Source: a virus. From it: DNA of 64,000 nucleotides. Under the pieces are notes generated by a model. The model did no database searches. It had not been told where the DNA came from and was given only the letters and a program-made list of their open reading frames with translations. Location of the stretch: the IMG/VR virus record IMGVR_UViG_3300013830_000222, positions 2,140-66,139 of that record. One strand, written 5' to 3'. A program made the position numbers and the translations under genes. Shown piece after piece: positions 1 through 9,668 of this stretch; position 1 is the first letter of the stretch, and every line of letters begins with the position of its first letter.

Positions 1-1
1 A

Positions 2-376
2 ACAGCAGGACTGATCAATCAGCTGGCTGAAAGCAGGCAGAAAGGGGAGCTTGCTTCCTTTAAGAGAAAGCGGCTTGCCCCGGCAAAGATCATTATCCTG
101 GATGAGTTCGGGTACGTTCCGTATGACAGACTGGGATCGCAGCTCCTGTTCGACTATCTCTCAGAGATCCATGAACAGAAGTCGATCATCCTGAATACGA
201 ACCTTGAGTTCTCGCAGTGGGTCAACATCCTTTACGATGAGAGAATGACGACAGCGCTAATCGGCAGGCTTACCCATCATGTGGAACTGATCCTGTTCCC
301 GGGAGGGAACAACCGGCTTCGCGAATCAAGTATCAATGACCAGATGATCCGGACAAATCAGAAAAGGGAGGCCTGA
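2..376 (+). CDS. istB: IS21 helper ATPase IstB, 3' part (5' end outside window)
   Basis: Frame 2 reads ...IIILDEFGYVP...SIILNTNLEFSQW...TALIGRLTHH..., i.e. IstB Walker B and sensor motifs. TGA at 374-376. Confidence 0.9.
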   Translation, partial: TAGLINQLAESRQKGELASFKRKRLAPAKIIILDEFGYVPYDRLGSQLLFDYLSEIHEQKSIILNTNLEFSQWVNILYDERMTTALIGRLTHHVELILFPGGNNRLRESSINDQMIRTNQKREA

Positions 377-378
377 CC

Positions 379-702
379 ATGGCAGAATCAAAAAACAGCA
401 AAACTACCGCAACCGGTGAACGAAAGCCAACCGTGATCAGCATGAGGCGGTATGACGACGCAGTAGATTGGATTGAAAAGCTTGAATTGGACATTGATCA
501 GCTTAGCAACGAGCTAAGATATCTTACCTCGTTCATCGAATGGGCAGGACTTTTGGACCGCTATGAATTCTTCCAGGCGAATGCCAGGGAGGTTCAGATC
601 CCCGACCTGCCATACACTTCGCTACACTGTATTCCGTTCCCCGGAGCGGAGCCGGAGTCAAGGGACAGTACGCTGGACGCGAAGCGTCCGGGCAGCCCTT
701 GA
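379..702 (+). CDS. hypothetical protein carried inside the IS21 element
   Basis: 107-aa ORF with GGGAGG RBS, starting 2 nt after the istB stop and upstream of the IS end. Confidence 0.6.
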   Translation: MAESKNSKTTATGERKPTVISMRRYDDAVDWIEKLELDIDQLSNELRYLTSFIEWAGLLDRYEFFQANAREVQIPDLPYTSLHCIPFPGAEPESRDSTLDAKRPGSP

Positions 703-730
703 CGGAGGCTCACGGAATACCCTTCTGTGC

Positions 731-755
731 GGGAAAGGGTTTTAAACCCTTTCCC
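731..755. repeat. near-perfect palindrome inside the IS right end
   Basis: GGGAAAGGGTTT-T-AAACCCTTTCCC. Confidence 0.7.
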
Positions 756-823
756 TGCCTCCCCGGCGAGGGGCGGGTCCGGGCGGCGCCCGGGAACTCA
801 ATCAAGAGCAATGGATAAGGGGC

Positions 824-903
824 TGCAATTGCCTACAAAATGTATGTGCAACAACCTACAAAAATGCTCTGCAACTTTCTGCAAAAAGGGGTTGCAAAAA
901 ACA
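824..903. repeat. IS21 terminal repeat array (transposase binding sites)
   Basis: TGCAA at 824, 847, 870 and 893 (23-bp period). The first three units also contain CTRCAAAA. Terminal CA. Confidence 0.85.
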
Positions 904-2438
904 TCCCACCAGAAGGCGGTGATCATCGGATTGGTTGCCCTCCAGGAATCGACCAGTGGCTGCAGCTCTTCTTCTTTCAGTCCCATATCCAGAGCACCCA
1001 TTGATTTCAGAGCACCGACGGATCCACCGTAGCCAAGGGCAAGCTCTGCAATTTTACCCTTCTGCCGGAGGTGACCATTGATCCCGTGTTTGACGACCGG
1101 GACGCCGAACATCTGGCTGGCGGAGGCACAGTAGATATCTTTACCCTCTGCAAATATCTTGGAACGCCAGGTCTCGCCGGCGAGATGAGCCAAAACTCTT
1201 GCCTCAATGGCGGAGAAGTCGGATACCACAAATTTGTATCCGGGTCTTGCGATAAATGCGGTCCGAATCAGCTGCGAGAGTGTGTCCGGAATATCGTCAT
1301 AGAGCATTTCCAGCGTTTCATAATCTCCAGTGCGTACCAGCTCCCGGGCATCCGCCAGGTCATTCATATGGTTCTGTGGGAGGTTCTGCAGCTGGATCAG
1401 CCTGCCTGCCCAGCGGCCGGAGCGATTGGCTCCGTAGAACTGGAACATGCCATGTGCGCGCCCGTCTTTGCAGACTGCATTCTGCATGGCCTGATACTTC
1501 TTCACGGAGGATTTTGCCAGCTGCAGGCGAAGCTTTAACGCCTTCCTGATATCGCCGTCGGTCTCCGGGATCATCTGCTTCACATCCTTCTTTCCCAGAG
1601 ATTCAGCCTCGACGCCGTTCTTGGAGAGCCATTCCTTCATCTGGCTGACGCTGTTCGGATTCTCCAGACCGGTGAGCTGCTGCATCTGGATCATCAGGCT
1701 GTCTCTTGATTTCTCATCAAAGGCGATCGCATTATTGACGGCATCCATGTCCAGCTGGATCCCACGGTCGTTGATCTCCTGGTCGAGGTGATATTCTTCC
1801 CAGACCTGATCAGGTACCGGATAGTGGGCAAGTCGCTTCTGGATGGACATCTCCACCTCAACATCACGCTGGTTATAGAACTTGAAGAGGGACCATTTCT
1901 CCGGATCGTGCTCCGGGAGATTTCTGGTTCTGCCGCCGTTTGCCTTCGTCGGCTTGCAGGGAGAGCAGAAGTACCGGATCAGGTCCTTGCCTTCCTTCAG
2001 CTTCTGATCCTGAAGGCCCAGTACGGCACCAACGCCGGCAAGGGAGAGAGGAAGTCCCAGATAGGCGGACCAGATCATGGTGCATTTCCAGGAAACCGGG
2101 TTCAGATACCTGCCTGCCGGATCCTCAGGTATGCTGTAGCCGGTAAAGTACTGCGGATAGTAACGCTTCAGCCAGTTGGAAAGACAGATCCGCTCAAAGG
2201 AAGCGTTGAAGGCCCATTTGGTTACATTCTCATCAGATAGTGCTGTGAGGATATCCTCCGGAAGGACTTCGCAGCTTGCCAGGTCGTAGACTCTGACAGG
2301 GCTACCGTCAATGGAGACGCCGAAGAGCAGTATCTCAAACTGATCAGACTCAGCGTATTTGTAGACGCCACATTTACCTATGTCCACATCGCTGTAGGTC
2401 TCTAAGTCGATTGACATTTCCTTGATCATTTTCATCAT
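904..2438 (-). pseudogene. phage family A DNA polymerase, truncated by IS21
   Basis: N-terminal exonuclease SIDLETYS, SDFSAIEARVLA (motif A) and RQKGKIAELALGYGG (motif B). Reading frame runs into IS sequence after FWWDV, so motif C is missing. Confidence 0.9.
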
Positions 2439-2491
2439 CCTTTACTGAAAAGAGAGGCAGCAGGCCGTCAATGCCTGCCGCCTCCCGGAGC

Positions 2492-2707
2492 TTAGCGCCT
2501 GTCTTCAAGGAGCTTCTTATACCGGAGCTGGGACTCCTTGTATTCCAGCTCCTCCCGTTCCTTCCTGCGCTCGTAATCCTCCTTGTCCTGCTGCTTGACC
2601 TGCAGCATGAAGCGGATCGCGTAGATCATGCCGACCAGGATTGCCACGCACATACCACATCCGAGGATATTGAAAACCAGTGTTACGACGTTGTTTGCAA
2701 ATTCCAT
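2492..2707 (-). CDS. small membrane protein
   Basis: 71 aa, N-terminal hydrophobic helix and charged tail. AGAGGT RBS, in operon. Confidence 0.65.
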   Translation of the reverse strand: MEFANNVVTLVFNILGCGMCVAILVGMIYAIRFMLQVKQQDKEDYERRKEREELEYKESQLRYKKLLEDRR

Positions 2708-2778
2708 GATAGATACCTCTTTTCTAAAAGCTGTCGCAGGCGGCAGCAGAGCCGCCCGCCCGCATGGATTGTCAGTGA

Positions 2779-3348
2779 TCAGTCGAGAAAGTCGTCGCCG
2801 TCGTCCTCAAGACCGGCGAAGTCATCCTCAGCTCTGGACTTGCCGCCCAGGGGCTCACCGTCGCGGATCTTCTGAAGATTGTTCAGGCCGCAGGCGATTC
2901 CCTTGTTTCCGTTGCTGTTGAAGGCATAGAGATTGATGCTGGCTCTGCCGTACACGCCGGAGTAGACCTCGGAGCGTTCCAGAATCGGATTTCGGTCCGC
3001 GTCCACGATGCCCGGAGCGGTGGCAGAGTTGGCGTTGATGAAGTAGCTGTTCTTGTAAGCCTCATCGTCCGGTCTTTCCAGATCGCCGTCGCGGAGCGGA
3101 GTCTTCAGGGTGGAGAGAGCAGGAACGGACTTGCCGTTGCCCTTCAGCTTGGACTCACCCTCTTCATAGGCTGCCTGGATCGCGGCCTTGATCTTCTCGA
3201 TGGTTGCCTTGTCAGACTTCGGGATGATCAGGGAGACGCTGTACTTCGGCGCTCCGCCGTTGATGGACTTGGGATCCCAGACATTGGCATAGGACCATCT
3301 CGTGTTGACTCCGGTGATCACCTTGGTAGCATTCATAAACTTATGCAT
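2779..3348 (-). CDS. phage single-stranded DNA-binding protein (DUF2815, T7 gp2.5-like)
   Basis: RWSYANVW, PLRDGD, YSGVYGRASIN, GIACGLNNLQK, acidic C-terminal tail. Confidence 0.9.
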   Translation of the reverse strand: MHKFMNATKVITGVNTRWSYANVWDPKSINGGAPKYSVSLIIPKSDKATIEKIKAAIQAAYEEGESKLKGNGKSVPALSTLKTPLRDGDLERPDDEAYKNSYFINANSATAPGIVDADRNPILERSEVYSGVYGRASINLYAFNSNGNKGIACGLNNLQKIRDGEPLGGKSRAEDDFAGLEDDGDDFLD

Positions 3349-3362
3349 AATTCATTTCCTCC

Positions 3363-4484
3363 TTAATTTTCGTTGAAATCATCTTTTGCTGTATTGAGTG
3401 CCGGCCGCTTGTCGGACACGGGCACCAGTGTCGGTTTTCCCTGAGGCTTTGTGATGAGAGCACTCAGAAGCTCATTGAACTTCTTCTTTCCCAAGAGGGA
3501 AGTCATGGCTGTGATCCCGAGAAGCCTCTTCTCATATGGATCGTAGCCGGCAGCCTTTACCTTCTCAGCGACAGCTGCTTCATCGGAATACTTCCTGTTG
3601 GACTTTCCGGCGACGACCTTGAAGCCGTCATATTCCACACCGGAGAGAGCCTGCTGAAGAGCGTAGTCCTTGATGTCATTTGCCCAGGCGGTCAGTTCAT
3701 CGATCTGCGGCAGGATAGCTGCAATCTCAGAGTTCTCCAGCATGGCTGGCATCTCGAAATCATACTTTGCAAGATCCAGGTTGTACTCCGCCCGCTTCCT
3801 GCAGGTCGCCTTGACCTTGCAGAACTGGCAGTGGTCACCTGCCTTGAACTCGCCCTTTCCGTCATAGGCAAGAGCCGCTGTCGGCTTCAGGACTGCCTCA
3901 GCCCAGTGCAGGAGATCCTTTTTACTGATCTCGAAGGTGCTGATATTCTCCCGGCGGGGCTGAAAGATCGTCAGTTTCACTGTCCCGATGTCATAGAGGC
4001 AGTCATACTGATCGACGGCACCAAGGGCGTAGCACATCATCTGTGGATTCTCATGAGCATCCACCAGGACGCCAAGGCCGTATTTGAAATCAATGATGTG
4101 CAGCACATCGTCTGCGATGATCACGCAGTCACCGGTTCCGAAGCCCTCCGGTACCCATTTGGAGAAATCCAGCTTTTCCTCGACCAGGACCAGCGGATCC
4201 CGGCAGTGCTTCTTTGCTTCTTCGACCTGCTCGATCACGTAGGAGCAGTACTGATCTGTGCATTCATCCATTTCGCTGTCGAAGTAGGTCAGGTTCTCGG
4301 TCGGATCTGTCGGGCTTCTTCCCAGATGTTTCTCGACCTTGTACTCGCAGAGGGCATGTGCGTCCGTGCCCTGCTGAGCGTAAGGACTTCCGCTGTCCAC
4401 GATGCCGGCACACAGCTTTGCACTGGGCGGGCATTCAAGCCATCTGTGGCTGGAGGAAGCAGAGAGATAAGCGTGCTTAGGCAT
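3363..4484 (-). CDS. DUF2800 PD-(D/E)xK (Cas4-like) phage nuclease
   Basis: HAYLSASSSHRWLECPPS, GTDAH, FGTGD..IIDFKYG, C-terminal CQFC..C. Confidence 0.9.
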   Translation of the reverse strand: MPKHAYLSASSSHRWLECPPSAKLCAGIVDSGSPYAQQGTDAHALCEYKVEKHLGRSPTDPTENLTYFDSEMDECTDQYCSYVIEQVEEAKKHCRDPLVLVEEKLDFSKWVPEGFGTGDCVIIADDVLHIIDFKYGLGVLVDAHENPQMMCYALGAVDQYDCLYDIGTVKLTIFQPRRENISTFEISKKDLLHWAEAVLKPTAALAYDGKGEFKAGDHCQFCKVKATCRKRAEYNLDLAKYDFEMPAMLENSEIAAILPQIDELTAWANDIKDYALQQALSGVEYDGFKVVAGKSNRKYSDEAAVAEKVKAAGYDPYEKRLLGITAMTSLLGKKKFNELLSALITKPQGKPTLVPVSDKRPALNTAKDDFNEN

Positions 4485-4830
4485 CGGTCAGTCCCTCCAG
4501 TTCCTTCACAAGCGCCGGATAGCTCTCAGCCGGAATATCCTTCAGCGTGCCTCCGTTTCCATATTTCTGTACGAGGCCCTTCACTGCCGCCTTGAACCGG
4601 CCGTCTGCTTCATTGGCCTTTGCTGCCAGGAGCCCTCTGACGTCTTCCTTGGAATAGGTCCTTGGATTCTCTGCAGTAGGCGCTTCCTTCTTCGGGGCGG
4701 CTTCGGCTGTCGGCTTTATTTCCTCCTCAGTGGAGTAGAAGGCCTTGAGAGCCTTGCCGGTCTCGATCAGGGTTTCTCCGCAGGTAATTAGATTGTCGAT
4801 CACCTGGGAGAGCTCATTCATTTTCCCCAT
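4477..4830 (-). CDS. conserved phage hypothetical protein
   Basis: 117 aa, overlaps the DUF2800 start. Typical gene preceding DUF2800 in this phage family. Confidence 0.75.
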   Translation of the reverse strand: MGKMNELSQVIDNLITCGETLIETGKALKAFYSTEEEIKPTAEAAPKKEAPTAENPRTYSKEDVRGLLAAKANEADGRFKAAVKGLVQKYGNGGTLKDIPAESYPALVKELEGLTDA

Positions 4831-4972
4831 CCTTGTCTCCTTCCTTTGTCAATTCCTTCTGTAATTTGCTTGCGAGTCGCTTTGCCACAACGCTGATGGC
4901 GATCAGGGTATCGATAAGATCCTCATCGTCGCGGGTCATGGGAGCGGCTCTGTTCATGTTGGCTTCGCTCAT
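4814..4972 (-). CDS. small phage hypothetical protein (52 aa, not in ORF track)
   Basis: MSEANMNRAAPMTRDDEDLIDTLIAISVVAKRLASKLQKELTKEGDKDGENE with AAGGAGG RBS. First gene of the leftward operon. Confidence 0.65.
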   Translation of the reverse strand: MSEANMNRAAPMTRDDEDLIDTLIAISVVAKRLASKLQKELTKEGDKDGENE

Positions 4973-5010
4973 GTCTGCCTCCTTTCTGCGGGACTTCCTG
5001 TCCCTTACAG

Positions 5011-5044
5011 TCCTTAAAGTTCCCCCGGCAGGGAAAATTCCGCT
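5011..5044 (-). promoter_or_regulatory. bipartite motif copy 1, AGCGGAA-N10-CGGGGGAACTTTAAGGA
   Basis: Exact motif on the minus strand upstream of the polA operon. Confidence 0.75.
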
Positions 5045-5132
5045 GCTTTCGGAAAATTTTTCAAAAGAGTGAAACGACGATTCCGCATTTATAAGGAAGC
5101 GATTCAGAGCTTCTGAAAAAATCTGCCGAAGG

Positions 5133-5166
5133 AGCGGAAAAAACAGGCGCGGGGGAACTTTAAGGA
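5133..5166 (+). promoter_or_regulatory. bipartite motif copy 2
   Basis: Exact motif upstream of the primase operon. Confidence 0.75.
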
Positions 5167-5208
5167 GTAGGAGCTTTCAAGCTCACTACTTACAAGGAGG
5201 TCTAAGGA

Positions 5209-7503
5209 ATGAAGCTGGTTTTACAGACAGCCAGAGTGACTCAAGACGCGAAGAACTGCCTTTATCCGAATACGGTGGAGGTCACGGGTCCGGAGGAGCT
5301 GCAGCAGGCGGTGAGGTTTGACCATGTGTGCGCGGTTTATAAGAAGAACTACCGCAGCATTGAGAACTTCCTCAGGTCCAACGTTCTGGTCATGGATATA
5401 GACAATGACCACACAGAGGATCCGGGCGAGTGGATCACCTTCGAAAAGCTGGAGGACCTGTTCGGGGATATGAATTACGCGGTTGTTCCCAGCAGGCATC
5501 ATATGCTGCCGAAGGATAGCTACGGCCCCAGACCCAGGATGCACATCTATTTCGAGATCGCTGAGACGACGGATCCGGATTATTACGCCGGACTGAAGGA
5601 AGCGCTGCAGAGGAAGTATCCCTTCTTTGATGACAATGCCCTGGATGCGGCAAGATTCATCTTCGGCTCGGACAGTGATGACATCGTCTGGCATGAGGGC
5701 TGGACGGCGATTGACGAGGAGACGGAGGTTGTCATTAAGAAGGAAGAGACGGTGCCTTCGCAAAAGAAGCCTGCAGTCAGGAGCCTGGACGGGACGATCC
5801 GGCAGGGTAACCGGAACAATACACTGTCCCATTTCGCCGGGAGAGCCCTGAAGCGGTTCGGGGAAACAGATAAGGCGAGGCAGATCTTTCTGGATGAAGC
5901 CCTGAAATGTGATCCGCCGCTTTCCAACGCGGAGCTGAAGACCATATGGAATTCTGCCCTGAAGTTCTATCGAAAGAAGGTCCAGAGCGCGGACGGATAT
6001 GTGCCGCCGGAGCAGTATGACGCGGACTTTGACGATTCTCTGAAGCCGGCGGACTACTCCGACGTCGGAGAGGCCAAGGCCTTCACGAAGGAATATGGCG
6101 GAGAGCTCCGCTTCTCTGAGGCAACGGATTTCCTCCGATACGATGGCGAAGCCTGGATCGAGGACAGACAGCTGGCGGTCGGAGCCATGGTAGAGTTTCT
6201 GGATCTGCAGCTTGCGGATGCGCAGGATCAGGTCCAGAGGGCGAAGGATGCGCTGATCCAGAGCGGCGTTCCGAAGGAGACCGTGATCGCCGGCGGGAAG
6301 ACGCTGGAGAAGGCTGTCTCCGGAGATCAGCAGCTGAGGCTCCTTTTTGCTCTTCTGGCGGCAAAGACATATCTGGCTTTCGTCATGAAGCGTCGGGATT
6401 ACAAGTACGCGATGAATGCCATGAATTTCACCAAGGCCATGGTGGCAGTCGGCGTGGATGATCTGGACAAGGATCCGAATCTCCTCAATACGCCGTATGC
6501 GACCTTCAACCTGGCAAAGGGCATGGCAGGAGATCAGCCCCATGATCCGGCGGATCTCATCACGAAGCTGACAGCCTGCTCTCCCTCGGATGAAGGGAAG
6601 AACCTATGGGAGGAATCCATTCAGCTTTTCTTCCAGGGAGACCAGGAGCTGATCGACTATGTACAGTTGGTTGTCGGTATGGCTGCAGTCGGCAAGGTCT
6701 ATCAGGAGCATCTCATCATCGCCTATGGCGGAGGTGCCAACGGCAAGTCCACCTTCTGGAACACGATCTCCAGAGTGTTGGGAACCTATAGCGGAAAGCT
6801 GTCCGCAGAGACCCTGACCATGAACTGCAAGAGGAATGTGAAGCCGGAAATGGCGGAGCTGAAGGGCAAGCGCCTCATCATTGCCTCCGAGATGGAGGAG
6901 GGCATGAGGCTCAATACCTCTGTTGTGAAGCAGCTCTGCTCTACAGATGAGATCTTCGCGGAGAAGAAATACAAGGCGCCCTTTTCCTTCACGCCGTCCC
7001 ATACGCTGGTCCTTTACACGAACCACCTGCCCAAGGTCGGCGCCAATGACGACGGGATCTGGAGACGACTGATCGTCATTCCCTTCAATGCCAAGATCGT
7101 CGGCGACAGCGATATCAAGAACTACGCGGATTATCTCTATGAGAAGGCCGGCGGCTACATCCTGAAGTGGATCATCGAGGGAGCCCAGAAGGCGATTGCT
7201 CTGCACTTCAAGACAGAGCTGCCGCAGGTCGTGAAGGCAGCGATTGAAGACTATCGGGAGGACAACGACTGGCTGGGGCATTTCCTGGCAGAGTGCTGTG
7301 AGACCGGCAAGGACCTGACAGAGAAATCCGGGGAGCTGTATCAGCAGTACCGGGTCTATTGCATCCAGAACGGAGAGTATACCCGCAGCACCACGGACTT
7401 TTATACGGCGATCGAGAAGGCTGGCTATGTCAGAAGGAAGACGAACGCAGGGATTCTCGTGCATGGACTGAAGCTCAGATCCGGCGAGGATTTCCTGGAT
7501 TAA
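5209..7503 (+). CDS. P4-family phage primase-helicase (primase + PriCT-1 + D5-like SF3 helicase)
   Basis: VMDIDND..., GNRNNTL (PriCT-1), GGGANGKST Walker A, LIIASE, WRRLIVIPF. Confidence 0.92.
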   Translation: MKLVLQTARVTQDAKNCLYPNTVEVTGPEELQQAVRFDHVCAVYKKNYRSIENFLRSNVLVMDIDNDHTEDPGEWITFEKLEDLFGDMNYAVVPSRHHMLPKDSYGPRPRMHIYFEIAETTDPDYYAGLKEALQRKYPFFDDNALDAARFIFGSDSDDIVWHEGWTAIDEETEVVIKKEETVPSQKKPAVRSLDGTIRQGNRNNTLSHFAGRALKRFGETDKARQIFLDEALKCDPPLSNAELKTIWNSALKFYRKKVQSADGYVPPEQYDADFDDSLKPADYSDVGEAKAFTKEYGGELRFSEATDFLRYDGEAWIEDRQLAVGAMVEFLDLQLADAQDQVQRAKDALIQSGVPKETVIAGGKTLEKAVSGDQQLRLLFALLAAKTYLAFVMKRRDYKYAMNAMNFTKAMVAVGVDDLDKDPNLLNTPYATFNLAKGMAGDQPHDPADLITKLTACSPSDEGKNLWEESIQLFFQGDQELIDYVQLVVGMAAVGKVYQEHLIIAYGGGANGKSTFWNTISRVLGTYSGKLSAETLTMNCKRNVKPEMAELKGKRLIIASEMEEGMRLNTSVVKQLCSTDEIFAEKKYKAPFSFTPSHTLVLYTNHLPKVGANDDGIWRRLIVIPFNAKIVGDSDIKNYADYLYEKAGGYILKWIIEGAQKAIALHFKTELPQVVKAAIEDYREDNDWLGHFLAECCETGKDLTEKSGELYQQYRVYCIQNGEYTRSTTDFYTAIEKAGYVRRKTNAGILVHGLKLRSGEDFLD

Positions 7504-7505
7504 AG

Positions 7506-7776
7506 GTGCAGGTCGATGCAGGTCGTGAAGGTCGATTCCAGAACCCTTTCGGCAGGAGCGCAGGTTGTGCAGGTCGTTGGTAAGACTTTTTCAGAACCGA
7601 TGCAGCTCGTGCAGGTCATTTGCAGAAGTGATTTTTAAGGATCAGATTTTCAGGAATGTTGATTTTAAGCCATTTGTGCAGGTCGTGAAGGTCATTTCCC
7701 AAAGTTACCTTATAGAGGATTTTCAGAGAAAAATGCCCTATAGAGAAGTTTATACTACGACCTTCACGACCTGCAC
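7506..7776. repeat. iteron cluster, probable replication origin
   Basis: Many TGCAGGTC/TGAAGGTC units. Perfect 18-bp inverted repeat at 7676-7693 / 7759-7776 flanking an AT-rich core. Confidence 0.75.
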
Positions 7777-7794
7777 TTTCGGCAATGATGGAGG

Positions 7795-8082
7795 ATGGCG
7801 ATGCGGGAAAAAGTGATTGAGCAGAAATTAGTCTCTGAGGTCAAAAGGCGGGGCGGGATCTGTCCGAAGTGGGTGAGTCCCGGATATGACGGAATGCCGG
7901 ACCGGATCGTCTTGCTGCCAGATCGCCATTTCGGCTTTGTAGAGGTGAAGGCTCCGGGGCAGAAGCCAAGACCTCTGCAGCTGGCAAGACATAAGCTTCT
8001 CAGGGAGCTTGGGTATCCCACCCACATTCTTGACGGAGTAGAGCAGATCGGAGGAATCCTAGATGAAATACAGTCCACATGA
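7795..8082 (+). CDS. VRR-NUC domain nuclease
   Basis: EKVIEQKL...GMPDRIVL...FVEVKAPG..RPLQ. Confidence 0.92.
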   Translation: MAMREKVIEQKLVSEVKRRGGICPKWVSPGYDGMPDRIVLLPDRHFGFVEVKAPGQKPRPLQLARHKLLRELGYPTHILDGVEQIGGILDEIQST

Positions 8083-9448
8083 TTATCAGACCTATGCGAT
8101 CCGGTTTATAGAGGAGCATCCGGTCGCTGCAGTCCTTTTGGACATGGGTATGGGCAAGAGCTCCATTACTCTGACAGCGATAGAGGATCTGATTTTTGAC
8201 AGCTTCGAGATCAGCAAGGTTCTGATTATAGCGCCACTCCGAGTGGCAAGACATACCTGGCCGGAGGAGATCGAGAAGTGGGATCACCTGAAGGGACTCA
8301 GGTATTCCATGGCGGTCGGTACAGCAGCAGAGCGGATGGCAGCACTGAGGGCGGACGCGGACATCTACATCATCAATCGGGAAAATGTTCCCTGGCTGAT
8401 CCAGGACAGCGGGCTGCCCTTTGATTATGACATGGTCGTGATTGATGAGCTGTCCTCCTTCAAAAGCTGGCAGTCCAAGCGCTTCCGGGCATTGATGAAG
8501 ATGAGACCAAAGGTGAAAAGAATCGTGGGCCTTACCGGAACACCGTCCAGCAATGGCTTTATGGATCTCTTTGCAGAGTTTAAGCTCTTGGACATGGGAG
8601 AGAGGCTGGGCAAGTTCATTGGCTGGTACCGGAACGCTTTCTTCAGGCCGGACAGGATGAATGGACCGGTGGTCTATAGCTATAAGCTCCTTCCCGGCGC
8701 GGATCAGAAGATCTATGACCGGATCTCCGATATCACGATCTCCATGAAGAATACGGATCATCTGAAGATGCCGGAGCTGATCAGCGTGAGTGAGAAGGTC
8801 TACCTGGATGACGCGGAAAGAGACAAATATCAGACCATGATGAACGAGCTGGTCCTGCAGCTTCCGGGGAAGGAGATTACCGCAGCCAACGCCGCTGCCC
8901 TATCCGGGAAGCTACTGCAGATGGCAAACGGAGCGATGTACACCGATGACGGAGAGGTCGTAAGGATTCATGACCGGAAGCTGGATGCCCTGGAGGATCT
9001 GATCGAAGCAGCCAATGGGAAGCCGGTTCTGGTGGCCTATTGGTACAAGCATGATCTTAAGAGAATTGAGGAGCGACTGACGAACAGGGGTATTCCATTC
9101 GAGCGAATGGATTCTGATTCCAGCATCATCAGATGGAACAAGGGAGAGATCCCGGTTGCTCTGATTCATCCGGCATCTGCGGGACACGGCCTCAACCTGC
9201 AGCAGGGCGGCAACACCCTGATCTGGTTCGGGCTAACCTGGAGCCTGGAGCTTTATCAGCAGACAGTGGCCAGGCTCTGGCGGCAGGGACAGCAGTCCGG
9301 AACGGTCGTTGTGCAGCATATCATCACAGCAGGAACCATTGATGAGAGAGTCATGAAGGCTTTGCAAGACAAGGACCGGACACAGTCGGCCTTGATTGAA
9401 GCTGTGAAGGCTGAGATCGGAGGCGCCTATGGCAAAGGCAGATTATGA
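8063..9448 (+). CDS. SNF2-family helicase
   Basis: DMGMGKS, VVIDELSSFK, LTGTP, GHGLNLQ, ARLWRQGQ. Confidence 0.92.
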   Translation: MKYSPHDYQTYAIRFIEEHPVAAVLLDMGMGKSSITLTAIEDLIFDSFEISKVLIIAPLRVARHTWPEEIEKWDHLKGLRYSMAVGTAAERMAALRADADIYIINRENVPWLIQDSGLPFDYDMVVIDELSSFKSWQSKRFRALMKMRPKVKRIVGLTGTPSSNGFMDLFAEFKLLDMGERLGKFIGWYRNAFFRPDRMNGPVVYSYKLLPGADQKIYDRISDITISMKNTDHLKMPELISVSEKVYLDDAERDKYQTMMNELVLQLPGKEITAANAAALSGKLLQMANGAMYTDDGEVVRIHDRKLDALEDLIEAANGKPVLVAYWYKHDLKRIEERLTNRGIPFERMDSDSSIIRWNKGEIPVALIHPASAGHGLNLQQGGNTLIWFGLTWSLELYQQTVARLWRQGQQSGTVVVQHIITAGTIDERVMKALQDKDRTQSALIEAVKAEIGGAYGKGRL

Positions 9449-9668
9449 CGGCTATGAGGCACTCGCCAATGCCGTCGTGAAGCTGGCTGCCGAGGATTAC
9501 ATGAGGGCACTGAAGAGCCTGAAGCGGAATCCCGCCAGCCGGACGGCAAAGCAGGAGAAGGAAGATAACGAGAGATTTTTCCGGTCAGGCTGGTATTCAA
9601 CATTGACTAGCGTGGACGGGGAATATCTCATCAGGAGAATGAAGGAGGCGGTTGGTTATGAAGGCTAA
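9429..9668 (+). CDS. conserved phage hypothetical protein
   Basis: LANAVVKLAAEDY...ERFFRSGW. Paralog at 57517-57726. Confidence 0.75.
   Translation: MAKADYDGYEALANAVVKLAAEDYMRALKSLKRNPASRTAKQEKEDNERFFRSGWYSTLTSVDGEYLIRRMKEAVGYEG

Larger units (their letters stand above)
1..903 (+). mobile_element. IS21-family insertion sequence, right-hand part (continues left of window)
   Basis: Contains the IstB C-terminus. Ends in tandem 23-bp repeats and a terminal CA at 902-903, where phage polA sequence resumes. Confidence 0.9.

Noticed and set aside
798-903. C-terminal 34 aa of the polA ORF
   Set aside because: Read-through into the IS21 terminal repeats, not polymerase sequence.
3363-4484. Cas4-like nuclease as a CRISPR component
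   Set aside because: DUF2800 next to SSB and polA is a standard phage replication gene; no cas1 or cas2 present.
5221-7464. Long antisense ORFs (also 25895-26905, 38997-40007, 62600-63652 and others)
   Set aside because: Shadow frames of well-supported genes; no RBS or recognisable motifs.
7764-8078. Iteron region or overlapping ORFs (7565-7816, 7764-8078) as genes or a CRISPR
   Set aside because: Repeats are 8-9 nt with irregular spacing. The ORFs lack an RBS and overlap the origin or the VRR-NUC gene.
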